DNA of 45,059 nucleotides from Candidatus Pacebacteria bacterium CG10_big_fil_rev_8_21_14_0_10_56_10 (GTDB lineage Bacteria; Patescibacteriota; Microgenomatia; UBA1400; PJMF01), in assembly GCA_002772645.1 (NCBI GenBank), contig PFDK01000007.1:54852-99910 (forward strand), written 5' to 3'. Shown piece after piece: positions 25,022-32,923 of this stretch. Below the pieces are notes generated by a model that did not search any database, had not been told where the DNA came from, and was given only the letters and a program-made list of their open reading frames with translations. A program made the translations under genes and the position numbers. Numbering within the stretch: the stretch's first letter is position 1; every line of letters begins with the position of its first letter.

Positions 25022-25204
25022 ATGCCCGTCAGCAAGATGAAGGAAGCAGAAATTCCTCCGCAAGACATTGAAAAAGTTAAAGAGATCGTATCAAAAGCGA
25101 CCCAGATCTCAGTCTCTTTCGAGGAGATGTTTAAGGCTTATCTTGAGCTAGACGACGGTTTAACCGAAAAAAATCTAGTGGATGAAATACTGGAGTTAAA
25201 CTAA
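25022..25204 (+). CDS. Small acidic hypothetical protein (60 aa)
   Basis: The ATG directly abuts the upstream TGA (gtgaATG). The translation is helical and acidic. GC is about 42% in two hand-counted lines, below the neighbouring genes. Confidence 0.4.
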   Translation: MPVSKMKEAEIPPQDIEKVKEIVSKATQISVSFEEMFKAYLELDDGLTEKNLVDEILELN

Positions 25205-25249
25205 CAGTTTTGAAGCCATTTCCTAGTGAGGGCTACGTCCCCTCGCGGG

Positions 25250-25323
25250 AGGCGCGGACGGGATTCGAACCCGTGAACGAAGGTTTTGCAGACCTCGCCG
25301 TTAGACCACTTCGGTACCGCGCC
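25250..25323 (-). tRNA. tRNA-Cys (anticodon GCA)
   Basis: The reverse complement folds as acceptor GGCGCGG/CCGCGCC, anticodon stem GAGGT/ACCTT with loop CTGCAAA, and T arm ACGGG-TTCGAAT-CCCGT. The discriminator is U73 and there is an A13:A22 mismatch, both typical of tRNA-Cys. Confidence 0.9.
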
Positions 25324-25465
25324 TGGTTAAAGCTCTGAACATCACCAGCTTTCCAGCCTTAGCTAGAACTTCAATTATATACAACTTTGTCTAGCTGGTT
25401 CGTCACTGTTAGACCGTTCAGCAAGATCGGACCCGCCCGAACCGCTCAATCTGCCCGCCTGGCGG

Positions 25466-25474
25466 TGCTACAAT
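25466..25474 (+). promoter_or_regulatory. Extended -10 box TGcTACAAT, 10 nt upstream of the ATG at 25485
   Basis: The plus strand reads cggTGcTACAATgctggagtttATG. The first in-frame ATG (25473) lies inside the box. Confidence 0.45.
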
Positions 25475-25484
25475 GCTGGAGTTT

Positions 25485-26636
25485 ATGCCAAGTTACTACA
25501 TTCATACTTTTGGCTGTCAGTCGAACAAAAGCGATAGCGAGCGCATCGCCGGCGACTACCAGGCTCACGGCTATGCCGAGGCGGACAACTGGCGAGACTG
25601 CGACCAGCTGGTGGTCAATACCTGCGCCGTCCGTCAGCGGGCGGAAGACCGGGCCCGCGGCTTTCTCCACAAGGTGGTCAGCCACTTCAACCAAACAGCT
25701 ACCCGGCGGCCCAAGATCATTCTGACCGGCTGCATGACCCACCACGGTCATCACCAACTGCTCAAGATGCTGCCGATGGTCGACGAGATCCTGCCCATCA
25801 ACGAGGTCGGCTTTAACCAAGCGGCCGTCCGTAAAGACGTTCACCACGCTTGGGTACCGATCTCGACCGGCTGCAACTCCTTCTGCACATTCTGTATTGT
25901 CCCCTACTCGCGCGGTCGCGAACAGTCCCGCTCGCTCGAGTCGATCATGGCCGAGGTCACCGAGCTGGCCAGCCAAGGCTATCAGGAAGTAACTTTACTG
26001 GGCATGAACGTCAACTCTTGGGGGTTGGAAAAACTGGGCATTGGTTTTCGCAAGCTACTGATGGAACGCAGCGACTTCACTCGCCAAGACTTGCCCGACA
26101 ACCAGTCTCAGTACTTGCGGCCTACCTCTACGCCGCCGTTTGTGGAACTACTGCAAAAAGTATCGAGCGTTGACGGCATCACCAAGGTCCGTTTCCTGAC
26201 CAGCAACCCTTGGGATTTTTACGACGAGCTTATCGAAGAGATTGCCACCAACCGAAAAATTGATCGCTACGTCCATCTGCCGGTTCAGTCCGGCAGTGAC
26301 CGAGTGCTGTACCGGATGAACCGCGGCTACACCCGGCAGAGTTACTTGGAGGTGGTCCGCAAACTTCAGCAGGCAGACCCCGAGATCGTGATTGGCACCG
26401 ACATCATCGTCGGCTTTCCAGGTGAGACTGAAGCTGACTTTGCCGAGACGGTGGCACTGGCCCGCGACTGCGACTGGAAGATTGCTTTTGTGGCGATGTA
26501 CTCTCCCCGACCGGGCACTGCCAGCTGGCGAATCTATCCTGACGACGTGCCCCACGCCGAGAAAAAAAGGCGCTGGCAGGTCCTCGACGAGCTGATCAAT
26601 AAACGACAGTTGGCCGATCGGCCCACCGTGGTGTAG
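25485..26636 (+). CDS. miaB: MiaB-type radical-SAM methylthiotransferase lacking the C-terminal TRAM domain
   Basis: UPF0004 N domain (YYIHTFGCQSN), radical SAM CxxxCxxC (GCNSFCTFCIVPYSRG), directly upstream of miaA. The protein ends ~60 aa short of typical MiaB. Confidence 0.75.
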   Translation: MPSYYIHTFGCQSNKSDSERIAGDYQAHGYAEADNWRDCDQLVVNTCAVRQRAEDRARGFLHKVVSHFNQTATRRPKIILTGCMTHHGHHQLLKMLPMVDEILPINEVGFNQAAVRKDVHHAWVPISTGCNSFCTFCIVPYSRGREQSRSLESIMAEVTELASQGYQEVTLLGMNVNSWGLEKLGIGFRKLLMERSDFTRQDLPDNQSQYLRPTSTPPFVELLQKVSSVDGITKVRFLTSNPWDFYDELIEEIATNRKIDRYVHLPVQSGSDRVLYRMNRGYTRQSYLEVVRKLQQADPEIVIGTDIIVGFPGETEADFAETVALARDCDWKIAFVAMYSPRPGTASWRIYPDDVPHAEKKRRWQVLDELINKRQLADRPTVV

Positions 26637-26637
26637 T

Positions 26638-27699
26638 TTGGTTATGCCTACCGGTCCGCTGCTGTCAATCATTGGCCCGACCGCCACCGGCAAAACGCAA
26701 CTTGCCCTGGACGCTACCGAGTGGCTGGCCGACCGGATGAACGGTTTTGACCTGATCAGCGTCGATTCTCGCCAAGTGTACCGGGAACTGGCGATTACTT
26801 CCGGCGCCGACGTGCCGGCCGGGTTTGAGCGCCGGCAGGGCTATTGGCAGCGCGACCGAGTACGCTTGTATGGAGTAGGCATCATTTCCGCTGACCAGGA
26901 CTGGTCGGTGGCCCAGTTTGGTAGGCTGGCCCGGCGGGTGGCGGCGGCGGCTTGGCGGCGGCGGCGCTTACCGGTCCTGATTGGCGGTACCGGTTTGTAC
27001 CATCGCTGGGCCTTGGGCGCCGGCGCCGAACTAAACACCCCCCCCGATCCCCAGCTGCGCCGCCAAGCCGCCAAGCTGCGGCTGGACGAGCTTCAGGACT
27101 GGCTGGCCCGAGTTGACCGGCGGCGGTGGGCGGCCATGAACCGCTCGGACCGGCACAACGCCCGCCGCTTAATCCGGGCTATTGAACAGGCTCGGGCCGC
27201 CGGCCCGGCCAGACAAACCGGCGGCAGCCTGAAACCACAGCCCCATCTGCAACTGGGTTTGGAGCGGCCGCTTGATCACTTGGCAGCGGTCATTTGTCGC
27301 CGGGTGGTTAAACGGCTGGAAGCAGGCGCCCAGCAAGAAGTGACATCTTTGTTAGCCCGCCATGGGTTGCAGGTGCTGGACAGGCCGGCCGGCAGTACTG
27401 CCGGCGTGCGGGATGTCTGGGCTTACATCCAAGGTAAGCTGGAGTATGACCAACTTATTGACCGCTGGGCCCGCCGCGAGCTCCAGTACGCTAAGCGCCA
27501 GCTGAGTTGGTGGCGGGCGGACGAAGCCGCTTCGGCGGGTGGTCGCCAGTGGTTCGACGTCACTGCTGCCCACGTCCGGACCATGCTCAAAGCCGCCGTC
27601 ACTTCGCTGGAATCAGTCCACCCGGAAACCGGCTCGGAGACTGATCCTAAAACTGGCCTGGAAACCGGCTCGGAGACTGGCCCGGTATCCCGGCCTTGA
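26638..27699 (+). CDS. miaA: tRNA dimethylallyltransferase
   Basis: P-loop IIGPTATGKT, then DSRQVYR and LIGGTGLY. The ATG at 26644 is an alternative to the TTG at 26638. The C-terminal tail is repetitive. Confidence 0.85.
   Translation: MVMPTGPLLSIIGPTATGKTQLALDATEWLADRMNGFDLISVDSRQVYRELAITSGADVPAGFERRQGYWQRDRVRLYGVGIISADQDWSVAQFGRLARRVAAAAWRRRRLPVLIGGTGLYHRWALGAGAELNTPPDPQLRRQAAKLRLDELQDWLARVDRRRWAAMNRSDRHNARRLIRAIEQARAAGPARQTGGSLKPQPHLQLGLERPLDHLAAVICRRVVKRLEAGAQQEVTSLLARHGLQVLDRPAGSTAGVRDVWAYIQGKLEYDQLIDRWARRELQYAKRQLSWWRADEAASAGGRQWFDVTAAHVRTMLKAAVTSLESVHPETGSETDPKTGLETGSETGPVSRP
27625..27696 (+). repeat. 36-nt tandem duplication within the miaA 3' end
   Basis: gaaaccggctcggagactg occurs at 27625-27643 and again at 27661-27679. 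It encodes ETGSETDPKTGL / ETGSETGPVSRP. Confidence 0.8.
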
Positions 27700-28787
27700 A
27701 CCGATTTCAAGTGGGAGCAGCGGTGTCGACAACTGTCGGCTGCACGGCAGAGGTTGTTCTTGCTATACTAGCTCTTAAGATGCAGTGGACCCGCTCAGCG
27801 CACACCGTTTCCATCTCGCCGTCAATCGTCGTGACTACGCTGGCTAGCTTAATCGGTCTATACCTGCTGTTCCAGATCAGGTTCATTATCCTGCTGGTAT
27901 TTTTAGCTTTTATTATCATGACCGCCCTTCATCCGGCAGTGTCAGGTCTCCACCGCCGGCTAAAACTGCCGCGGGTGGTGGCTATTTTAGCGGTCTACGC
28001 GGTGGTGATCGGCAGCATCGCCGTACTACTGAGTTTGATCATTCCTCCGCTAGTCAACCAACTGGGCAAGTTGGTCAACACCTTCGACATCCCGGGCTTG
28101 ACTGACCAGGTCCGTCAGCTGAAGTTCAACCTGAGCGACGTCACCGTCATTTTTGAGCAGCTCTCCAGCCGGTTCGGCTTCGTGTACTCGCTGATTGCTT
28201 CTACTTTCAGCGGTTTGATCACCGTTTTTACGCTGATCGTGCTGTCGGTGTACATAATGCTCGACCGGCCTCACCTCCACAAAAAGATCAGTTGGTTTAC
28301 CCGTGACAAAAAGGCTATTAAGCTGGCTGAGCAGTTCGTGGACGACTTAGAGTACCAGTTGGGCGGTTGGGTGCGCGGCCAGCTGGTGCTGATGTTTAGC
28401 ATTGGTCTGGTGACGTACTTGGGGCTGACGCTGTTGTCGATGCCGTTTGCCTTGCCCTTAGCGATCCTGGCAGGCCTGTTGGAAATTTTGCCGAACATCG
28501 GGCCAACCATTGCCGCCCTGCCGGCAGTCATCTTTGCTTTTATTACCGGCGGTCCGGTGTTGGCCGGAGCGGTCGTCGTGTTGTACTTGATTGTTCAGCA
28601 GTTTGAAAATTCTTTACTAGTGCCCAAAGTGATGCACGATAACGTGGACGTCAATCCGCTCGTCTCGATCGTGACTATCTTGATCGGACTCCAACTGGGC
28701 GGTGTACTGGGGGCAGTTATCTCTATTCCGGTCTACATCGTCGCGCGCCAACTCTACTCGGTTTGGTACCGTCAGCACCACAGTTAG
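27696..28787 (+). CDS. AI-2E family transporter (PerM/UPF0118)
   Basis: Polytopic membrane protein with LEILPNIGPTIAALPAV and QQFENSLLVPKVM motifs. The start is uncertain: either the TTG at 27696 overlapping the miaA stop, or the ATG at 27780. Confidence 0.75.
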   Translation: MNRFQVGAAVSTTVGCTAEVVLAILALKMQWTRSAHTVSISPSIVVTTLASLIGLYLLFQIRFIILLVFLAFIIMTALHPAVSGLHRRLKLPRVVAILAVYAVVIGSIAVLLSLIIPPLVNQLGKLVNTFDIPGLTDQVRQLKFNLSDVTVIFEQLSSRFGFVYSLIASTFSGLITVFTLIVLSVYIMLDRPHLHKKISWFTRDKKAIKLAEQFVDDLEYQLGGWVRGQLVLMFSIGLVTYLGLTLLSMPFALPLAILAGLLEILPNIGPTIAALPAVIFAFITGGPVLAGAVVVLYLIVQQFENSLLVPKVMHDNVDVNPLVSIVTILIGLQLGGVLGAVISIPVYIVARQLYSVWYRQHHS

Positions 28788-28889
28788 CCGTCGCTCTCGG
28801 TCGAACTTGGTTCGGCCCCAACCCGCCGCCTCGACGCCGTGGCCGACTCCTCGGATGGGCGGATAGGACCAGCCGCTGGAAAATACCGC

Positions 28890-28918
28890 TTGCCTTCCCG
28901 CTCACTATCAGATATTAT
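28890..28918 (+). promoter_or_regulatory. Sigma-70-type promoter of rnpB (TTGCCT - 17 nt - TATTAT)
   Basis: TTGCCT at 28890-28895, a 17-nt spacer, then TATTAT at 28913-28918. The predicted start ~7 nt downstream coincides with the first base of the P1 stem (28925). Confidence 0.6.
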
Positions 28919-28924
28919 AGGATA

Positions 28925-29288
28925 GTTGGAGCTCAGGTCATGGCTCCGCGAGCGGTATCCACTGCTCGCTGGAGAGGAAAGTCCGGACAGCTCAGCACAG
29001 GGTGCCCAACGAAAGTCGGGGCACGGTCTGGTTAACACCTGCCGTGACAGCCAGAGCCACAGTGACGATTCGGGTGGCGCCGAGTGAAACGGCCCAGCTT
29101 CTGGGCACCGGCCCCGCTTGCCCAAGCGGACGCCGGGGGCAATCCTCCCCGCTGCGACTGGCGAGCTTCACCTTAATGGACGTGCTGCCTATTTCTCCCG
29201 CTCTCTCGAGAATCGGGAAAGAGGTGATCAGGTCCCAGGCAAAGATAGATCATGGCCCGCGACAGAATCCGGCTTACCGAGCTCCAAC
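28925..29288 (+). ncRNA. rnpB: RNase P RNA, bacterial type A
   Basis: Universally conserved GAGAGGAAAGTCCGGAC (P4 5' strand) and ACAGAATCCGGCTTA (P4 3' strand). P1 pairs GTTGGAGCTC (28925-28934) with GAGCTCCAAC (29279-29288). The ORFs predicted here are spurious. Confidence 0.9.
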
Positions 29289-29294
29289 ACCACC

Positions 29295-29321
29295 AAGCGG
29301 CAGGTTGCCTGCCGCTTTTTG
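29295..29321 (+). terminator. Rho-independent terminator of rnpB
   Basis: AAGCGGCAGG-TTG-CCTGCCGCTT followed by TTTTG. Confidence 0.8.
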
Positions 29322-29384
29322 TTGCCGGTGTAGGGTATACTGGATCAGTAACAAGCGTTGATTTAAAGAGCAAAGGAGACAGTC

Positions 29385-30074
29385 ATGCCGAATGATTTTT
29401 ACCAATCCCTGTCAGTCATTCTCTCTCAAAGTTTGAGCCAGGTTGTCCAGTTCTTGCCCAAGATCATCGCCGCTTTACTGATCCTGGCGATTGGGGCGGC
29501 GGTAGCCAGGTTTATCAAGGGCTTGACCGTCAAGATCCTGGAAACCCTCAAGGTCTCGAGCATGCTGGCGAACACCCCGGTAGAGCATTTTCTGCGCAAC
29601 GCCGAGCTCACCGAAAAAATCGAGGGCATCATTGGCTCGATAGTCTACTGGCTGGTGATGCTGGTGGTTATCCAGAGCTCGGTCAGCGTGCTGGGCTTGG
29701 CGTCATTATCTGAGATCTTGGCCGGCGTGCTGGGCTTTGTCCCGCAAGTCTTGTCGGCTACGGTGGTGTTGGTGTTCGGAGTGCTGATGGCCGGCGTGGT
29801 GGAAAGCCTGGTCAAGGGTTCCATCAAGAGTATCGACGGCAAAAGTGCCCGCTTGCTCGGCAAAGTGGCCAGTTATTTGGTGGTGACCGTCACGCTGCTG
29901 GCGGCCGTCTCTGAGTTGGGCATTGCCAGCGAGTTTATCGTCATTTTGTTTGTAGGCTTGGTCTCGACTGTGTCGCTAGGACTGGGCTTGGCAATAGGAC
30001 TGGGCGGCAAGGACGTAGTCAGCACCATTCTCAACCGGTGGTATCAACAGACCCGCCGGGAACTTTCCGAGTAA
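29385..30074 (+). CDS. Conserved-TM-helix-repeat membrane protein (MscS-N-terminal-like)
   Basis: Repeated units of the type LPKIIAALLILAIGAAVARFIKG / VPQVLSATVVLVFGVLMAGVVESLV. A Shine-Dalgarno AAGGAG (29373-29378) lies 6 nt upstream of the ATG. Confidence 0.5.
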   Translation: MPNDFYQSLSVILSQSLSQVVQFLPKIIAALLILAIGAAVARFIKGLTVKILETLKVSSMLANTPVEHFLRNAELTEKIEGIIGSIVYWLVMLVVIQSSVSVLGLASLSEILAGVLGFVPQVLSATVVLVFGVLMAGVVESLVKGSIKSIDGKSARLLGKVASYLVVTVTLLAAVSELGIASEFIVILFVGLVSTVSLGLGLAIGLGGKDVVSTILNRWYQQTRRELSE

Positions 30075-30080
30075 CCTACC

Positions 30081-30866
30081 ATGAGCTGGTGGCAGGCCTT
30101 GCTATTGGGGGTGATCCAGGGCGTTACCGAGTTCTTGCCTATTTCCAGCTCCGGCCACTTGGTACTGGCCCAGTCGCTGTTGGCCACCCCGCCAGCTTCC
30201 CTTGAGTTCACTATTTTTGTTCACTTGATGACGGTGATAGCGGTAGTGGTTTATTTTTGGTCGGCGCTGTGGCGGCTTTCCCGACAGGATGTGACGGCGC
30301 TAGTGGTAGCCAGCGTGCCGGTCGGGGTGATCGGCGCGCTGTTCTCAAGTCTAGTGATTAGTTTGTTTGCTTCGGTGTTGTTGGTAGGCTTGGCGCTGGT
30401 GGTGACGGCGTTGGCCAACTTCCTGGCCGACCGGTTGTTAGCGCGACCGGGCCGGGCTGCTCACCTGTCTTGGCAAAGCGCCGCGGTGGTCGGTTTCTTT
30501 CAGGCACTGGCGCTGGTACCGGGCGTGTCGCGTTCCGGCATTACGTTACTGGGCAGCTTGCAGCAGGGACTGGACCGGACAGCCGCCTTCCGCTTTGCTT
30601 TTTTACTGAGCATTCCCGCGATTGTTGGTGCTACTCTTTTTCAAGTGTTCGAGCTGGCCCGCCAACCGATCGTCCTTGATTGGCTGGCGCTCGGTACAGG
30701 CGGGCTGGCGGCGCTGGTAACCGGTCTGGCCAGTCTGCGGCTACTGGAACGCGTCATGCTCACGGCTAAACTAAACTGGTTTGGCTGGTACGCGTTGGTC
30801 CTGGGAGTTGGGGTGGTACTGCTGGTTTCCACTGCCCCAGTCCCAGCGGTACTGGAAAGCTTCTAG
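30081..30866 (+). CDS. uppP: Undecaprenyl-diphosphate phosphatase
   Basis: GVIQGVTEFLPISSSGHLVL and PGVSRSGITL motifs. Confidence 0.9.
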   Translation: MSWWQALLLGVIQGVTEFLPISSSGHLVLAQSLLATPPASLEFTIFVHLMTVIAVVVYFWSALWRLSRQDVTALVVASVPVGVIGALFSSLVISLFASVLLVGLALVVTALANFLADRLLARPGRAAHLSWQSAAVVGFFQALALVPGVSRSGITLLGSLQQGLDRTAAFRFAFLLSIPAIVGATLFQVFELARQPIVLDWLALGTGGLAALVTGLASLRLLERVMLTAKLNWFGWYALVLGVGVVLLVSTAPVPAVLESF

Positions 30867-32465
30867 GATGTGATCGCCGCTGATGGCGCTTTCCCCTGCC
30901 AGGTCGCAGATAGTTTGGGAAACCCGGATTGCCCGAATGTAGCCCCGGGCGGTTAAGCTTTGCTTAGCGGCGATGTACTTTAGCTGATGATGAGCGCCGG
31001 CATCGAGCCGGCAGCACTGCCGCAGCAGCTCCGACGGCACGGTGGCGTTGCTCCAGTCTTGGCAGTCAAGGTTGGCATGGGGTTGGTTGCCGGTGCCGGT
31101 CGGGTTGGTGCCGGTAGCAGCTAAGGCATACCGTTGTTGTTGACGCTGTCTGGCCGCCGTTACCCGCCGGCGGATGGTTGGGGACCGCTCGGCAGTGCCG
31201 GTTGGGAGCCGGTTTCCGGACTGGCGTGAGTCCGGCGACTGCCGGGACTGGTCGGACCGGAAAGTCAGCTGGTCGGCCAGTTGTTCGGTAGGCACGGCCG
31301 ACACTCTCAGCACGACATCGATTCTATCGAGCAGCGGCCCAGAAAAGGTACCGGCGTAGCGTTCCAGCTGGGTAGGAGTGCACCGGCATGGCCGCTGAGG
31401 GTCGTCCAGGTAACCGCACGGACAGGGGTTAGCCGCTGCTACCAAGCTGAACTGGGCAGGAAACACGGCGGCCCCGGCGGCGCGGATGTGACGGATACTG
31501 CCCTCTTCCAGCGGTTGACGCAAACTCTCCAGTAGATGGCGCGGGAACTCGGCCAGTTCGTCCAGGAACAGTACGCCGCGGTGGGCCAGCGAAATTTCCC
31601 CGGGCTTCAACTGGCCACCGCCACCCAGCAGGCCGGTCCGGGAAATGCTGTGGTGGGGAGAGCGCAGCGGCCGGTGGCCCACCAGCCGTCCTCGATTGGT
31701 GCCGGCCACCGAGTGGACAGTGGTCACGTCCAGTTGTTCTGCGGGGGTGAGCGGCGGCAGGATGCCTGGCAGGGCTTGGGCCAGCATGGTTTTGCCGGCG
31801 CCGGGCGGTCCGACCATCAGCAGGTGGTGACCACCGGCGGCGGCGATCTCCAAGCCCCGCTTGGCAGTTGCTTGACCAATGATACTGGCCATGTCGGGCG
31901 ATGTCTGCTCGACCTCAGCCGGCGGCGGCGGGGCGTTCTTGAGCAGCTTCAGCGGTCGCCGTCTTTGATAGTGATCGATCAGCTCACTGAGGTGGTTGAC
32001 CAGCCTGATGTTAACTTGGGACACCAACCGCAGTTCGTCGGCGTTGGCGGTGGGTAGGATGACCTCTGCCATGCCCAGTCGCCGAGCTGCCATCACCAGC
32101 GGCAACGCTCCCCGGATGGGCTTGATAGCTCCGTCTAGCGACAGTTCGCCAAAGAACATGGTGCCGCCGGTGTCCGCCGGCACTTCCCCGTAGAGCTTGA
32201 GCACCGCCACCGCGATAGCCAGCTCTACCGCGCTGCTCTGTTTTCTGATGTCGGCTGGGGCCAAGTTGACGATCGTTCGCCGGCTGCGCACCCGCACCCG
32301 ACAAGCTGCCAGGGCGGCGGTCACCCGCTCTTTGGCTTCTTCTAAGGCTTTGCCGGCTAGCCCGATCAGAATGAACCTGGGCAGGCCGGGCATTATCTTG
32401 ACCTCTACCTCTACCAAGACAGGCTCGAGACCATGGATGAGAGCGGTGCGCGTTTGGGCCAGCAC
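30771..32465 (-). CDS. comM: YifB/ComM family Mg-chelatase-like ATPase
   Basis: Lon-like N domain (GLEPVLVEVEV..., LSLDGAIKPIRG), Walker A (GPPGAGKT), and VLFLDELAEF. GTG start. The 3' end overlaps uppP convergently by 96 nt. Confidence 0.85.
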   Translation of the reverse strand: MLAQTRTALIHGLEPVLVEVEVKIMPGLPRFILIGLAGKALEEAKERVTAALAACRVRVRSRRTIVNLAPADIRKQSSAVELAIAVAVLKLYGEVPADTGGTMFFGELSLDGAIKPIRGALPLVMAARRLGMAEVILPTANADELRLVSQVNIRLVNHLSELIDHYQRRRPLKLLKNAPPPPAEVEQTSPDMASIIGQATAKRGLEIAAAGGHHLLMVGPPGAGKTMLAQALPGILPPLTPAEQLDVTTVHSVAGTNRGRLVGHRPLRSPHHSISRTGLLGGGGQLKPGEISLAHRGVLFLDELAEFPRHLLESLRQPLEEGSIRHIRAAGAAVFPAQFSLVAAANPCPCGYLDDPQRPCRCTPTQLERYAGTFSGPLLDRIDVVLRVSAVPTEQLADQLTFRSDQSRQSPDSRQSGNRLPTGTAERSPTIRRRVTAARQRQQQRYALAATGTNPTGTGNQPHANLDCQDWSNATVPSELLRQCCRLDAGAHHQLKYIAAKQSLTARGYIRAIRVSQTICDLAGESAISGDHILEAFQYRWDWGSGNQQYHPNSQDQRVPAKPV

Positions 32466-32623
32466 CAGTCCAGTCTACTCGGCCGACCTTACGTCCGGCT
32501 TACATCAAGTTTTTGGGCTGGTCGGCTCCCGACTTTCGCGAATTAGTAACCGCTTAATTTGCTGACTGTCCCCTCCCCTAGGGAACAATTTCTTTGGGGA
32601 TGTTTTTTTGGCGCGCATTTTCA

Positions 32624-32675
32624 GTGGGCCATTAGTGTGCCGTTAGTGGGCCATTAGTGGGCCGTTTTGGCCCAC
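32624..32675 (+). repeat. Four direct heptamers (GTGGGCC, one as GTGTGCC) at an exact 11-bp period, plus one inverted copy
   Basis: GTGGGCC at 32624, GTGTGCC at 32635, GTGGGCC at 32646 and 32657, each followed by ATTA or GTTA. Then GTTTT and GGCCCAC (32669-32675), which forms a 7-bp hairpin with copy 4. Confidence 0.85.
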
Positions 32676-32923
32676 GCGCTTTAAGTGAGTTTTTTAGATA
32701 TGCCAAGAAAATATCGCCAATGCCCCAATACCAACTAAAAAAACATCTTTAGTGACCACGCCTGGCTTGCCCTCAGCCTGGAAAGGAACGCAAAAAATCA
32801 AAAAGCGCGAAAGTGCTGACGAAAAACGGGTAAACCAAAAAAATGAGGTGACAACACTGACCGACAGGGCGGCGTGTAGTGCCGGTGCAAAGGTGTAGAA
32901 CTGCCGCGGTAGCGGCTCCGGTC

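Noticed and set aside
28763-29361. Three overlapping ORFs (90, 113 and 119 aa) between the AI-2E transporter and the TM-repeat gene
   Set aside because: The region is RNase P RNA. It has conserved P4 strands and P1 pairing, its own promoter and a terminator.
30771-30866. The 96-nt convergent overlap of comM and uppP as a regulatory or antisense feature
   Set aside because: The conserved ComM end (ILEAFQYR) lies ~24 codons before the stop. The overlap is most simply a fortuitous extension of an open frame in GC-rich DNA.
32624-32675. The 11-bp repeat array interpreted as a CRISPR array or as DnaA boxes/oriC
   Set aside because: The units are far too short and lack spacers, so this is not a CRISPR array. 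The heptamer does not match the TTATCCACA DnaA-box consensus, and no dnaA/dnaN or AT-rich unwinding element is adjacent.
32755-32800. An SRP (4.5S) RNA-like motif, cagCCT-GGAA-AGGaacgc
   Set aside because: Only the GGAA tetraloop context resembles SRP domain IV. The flanking sequence cannot form the required long helix, because no complement of gcctggcttgccctc lies downstream.
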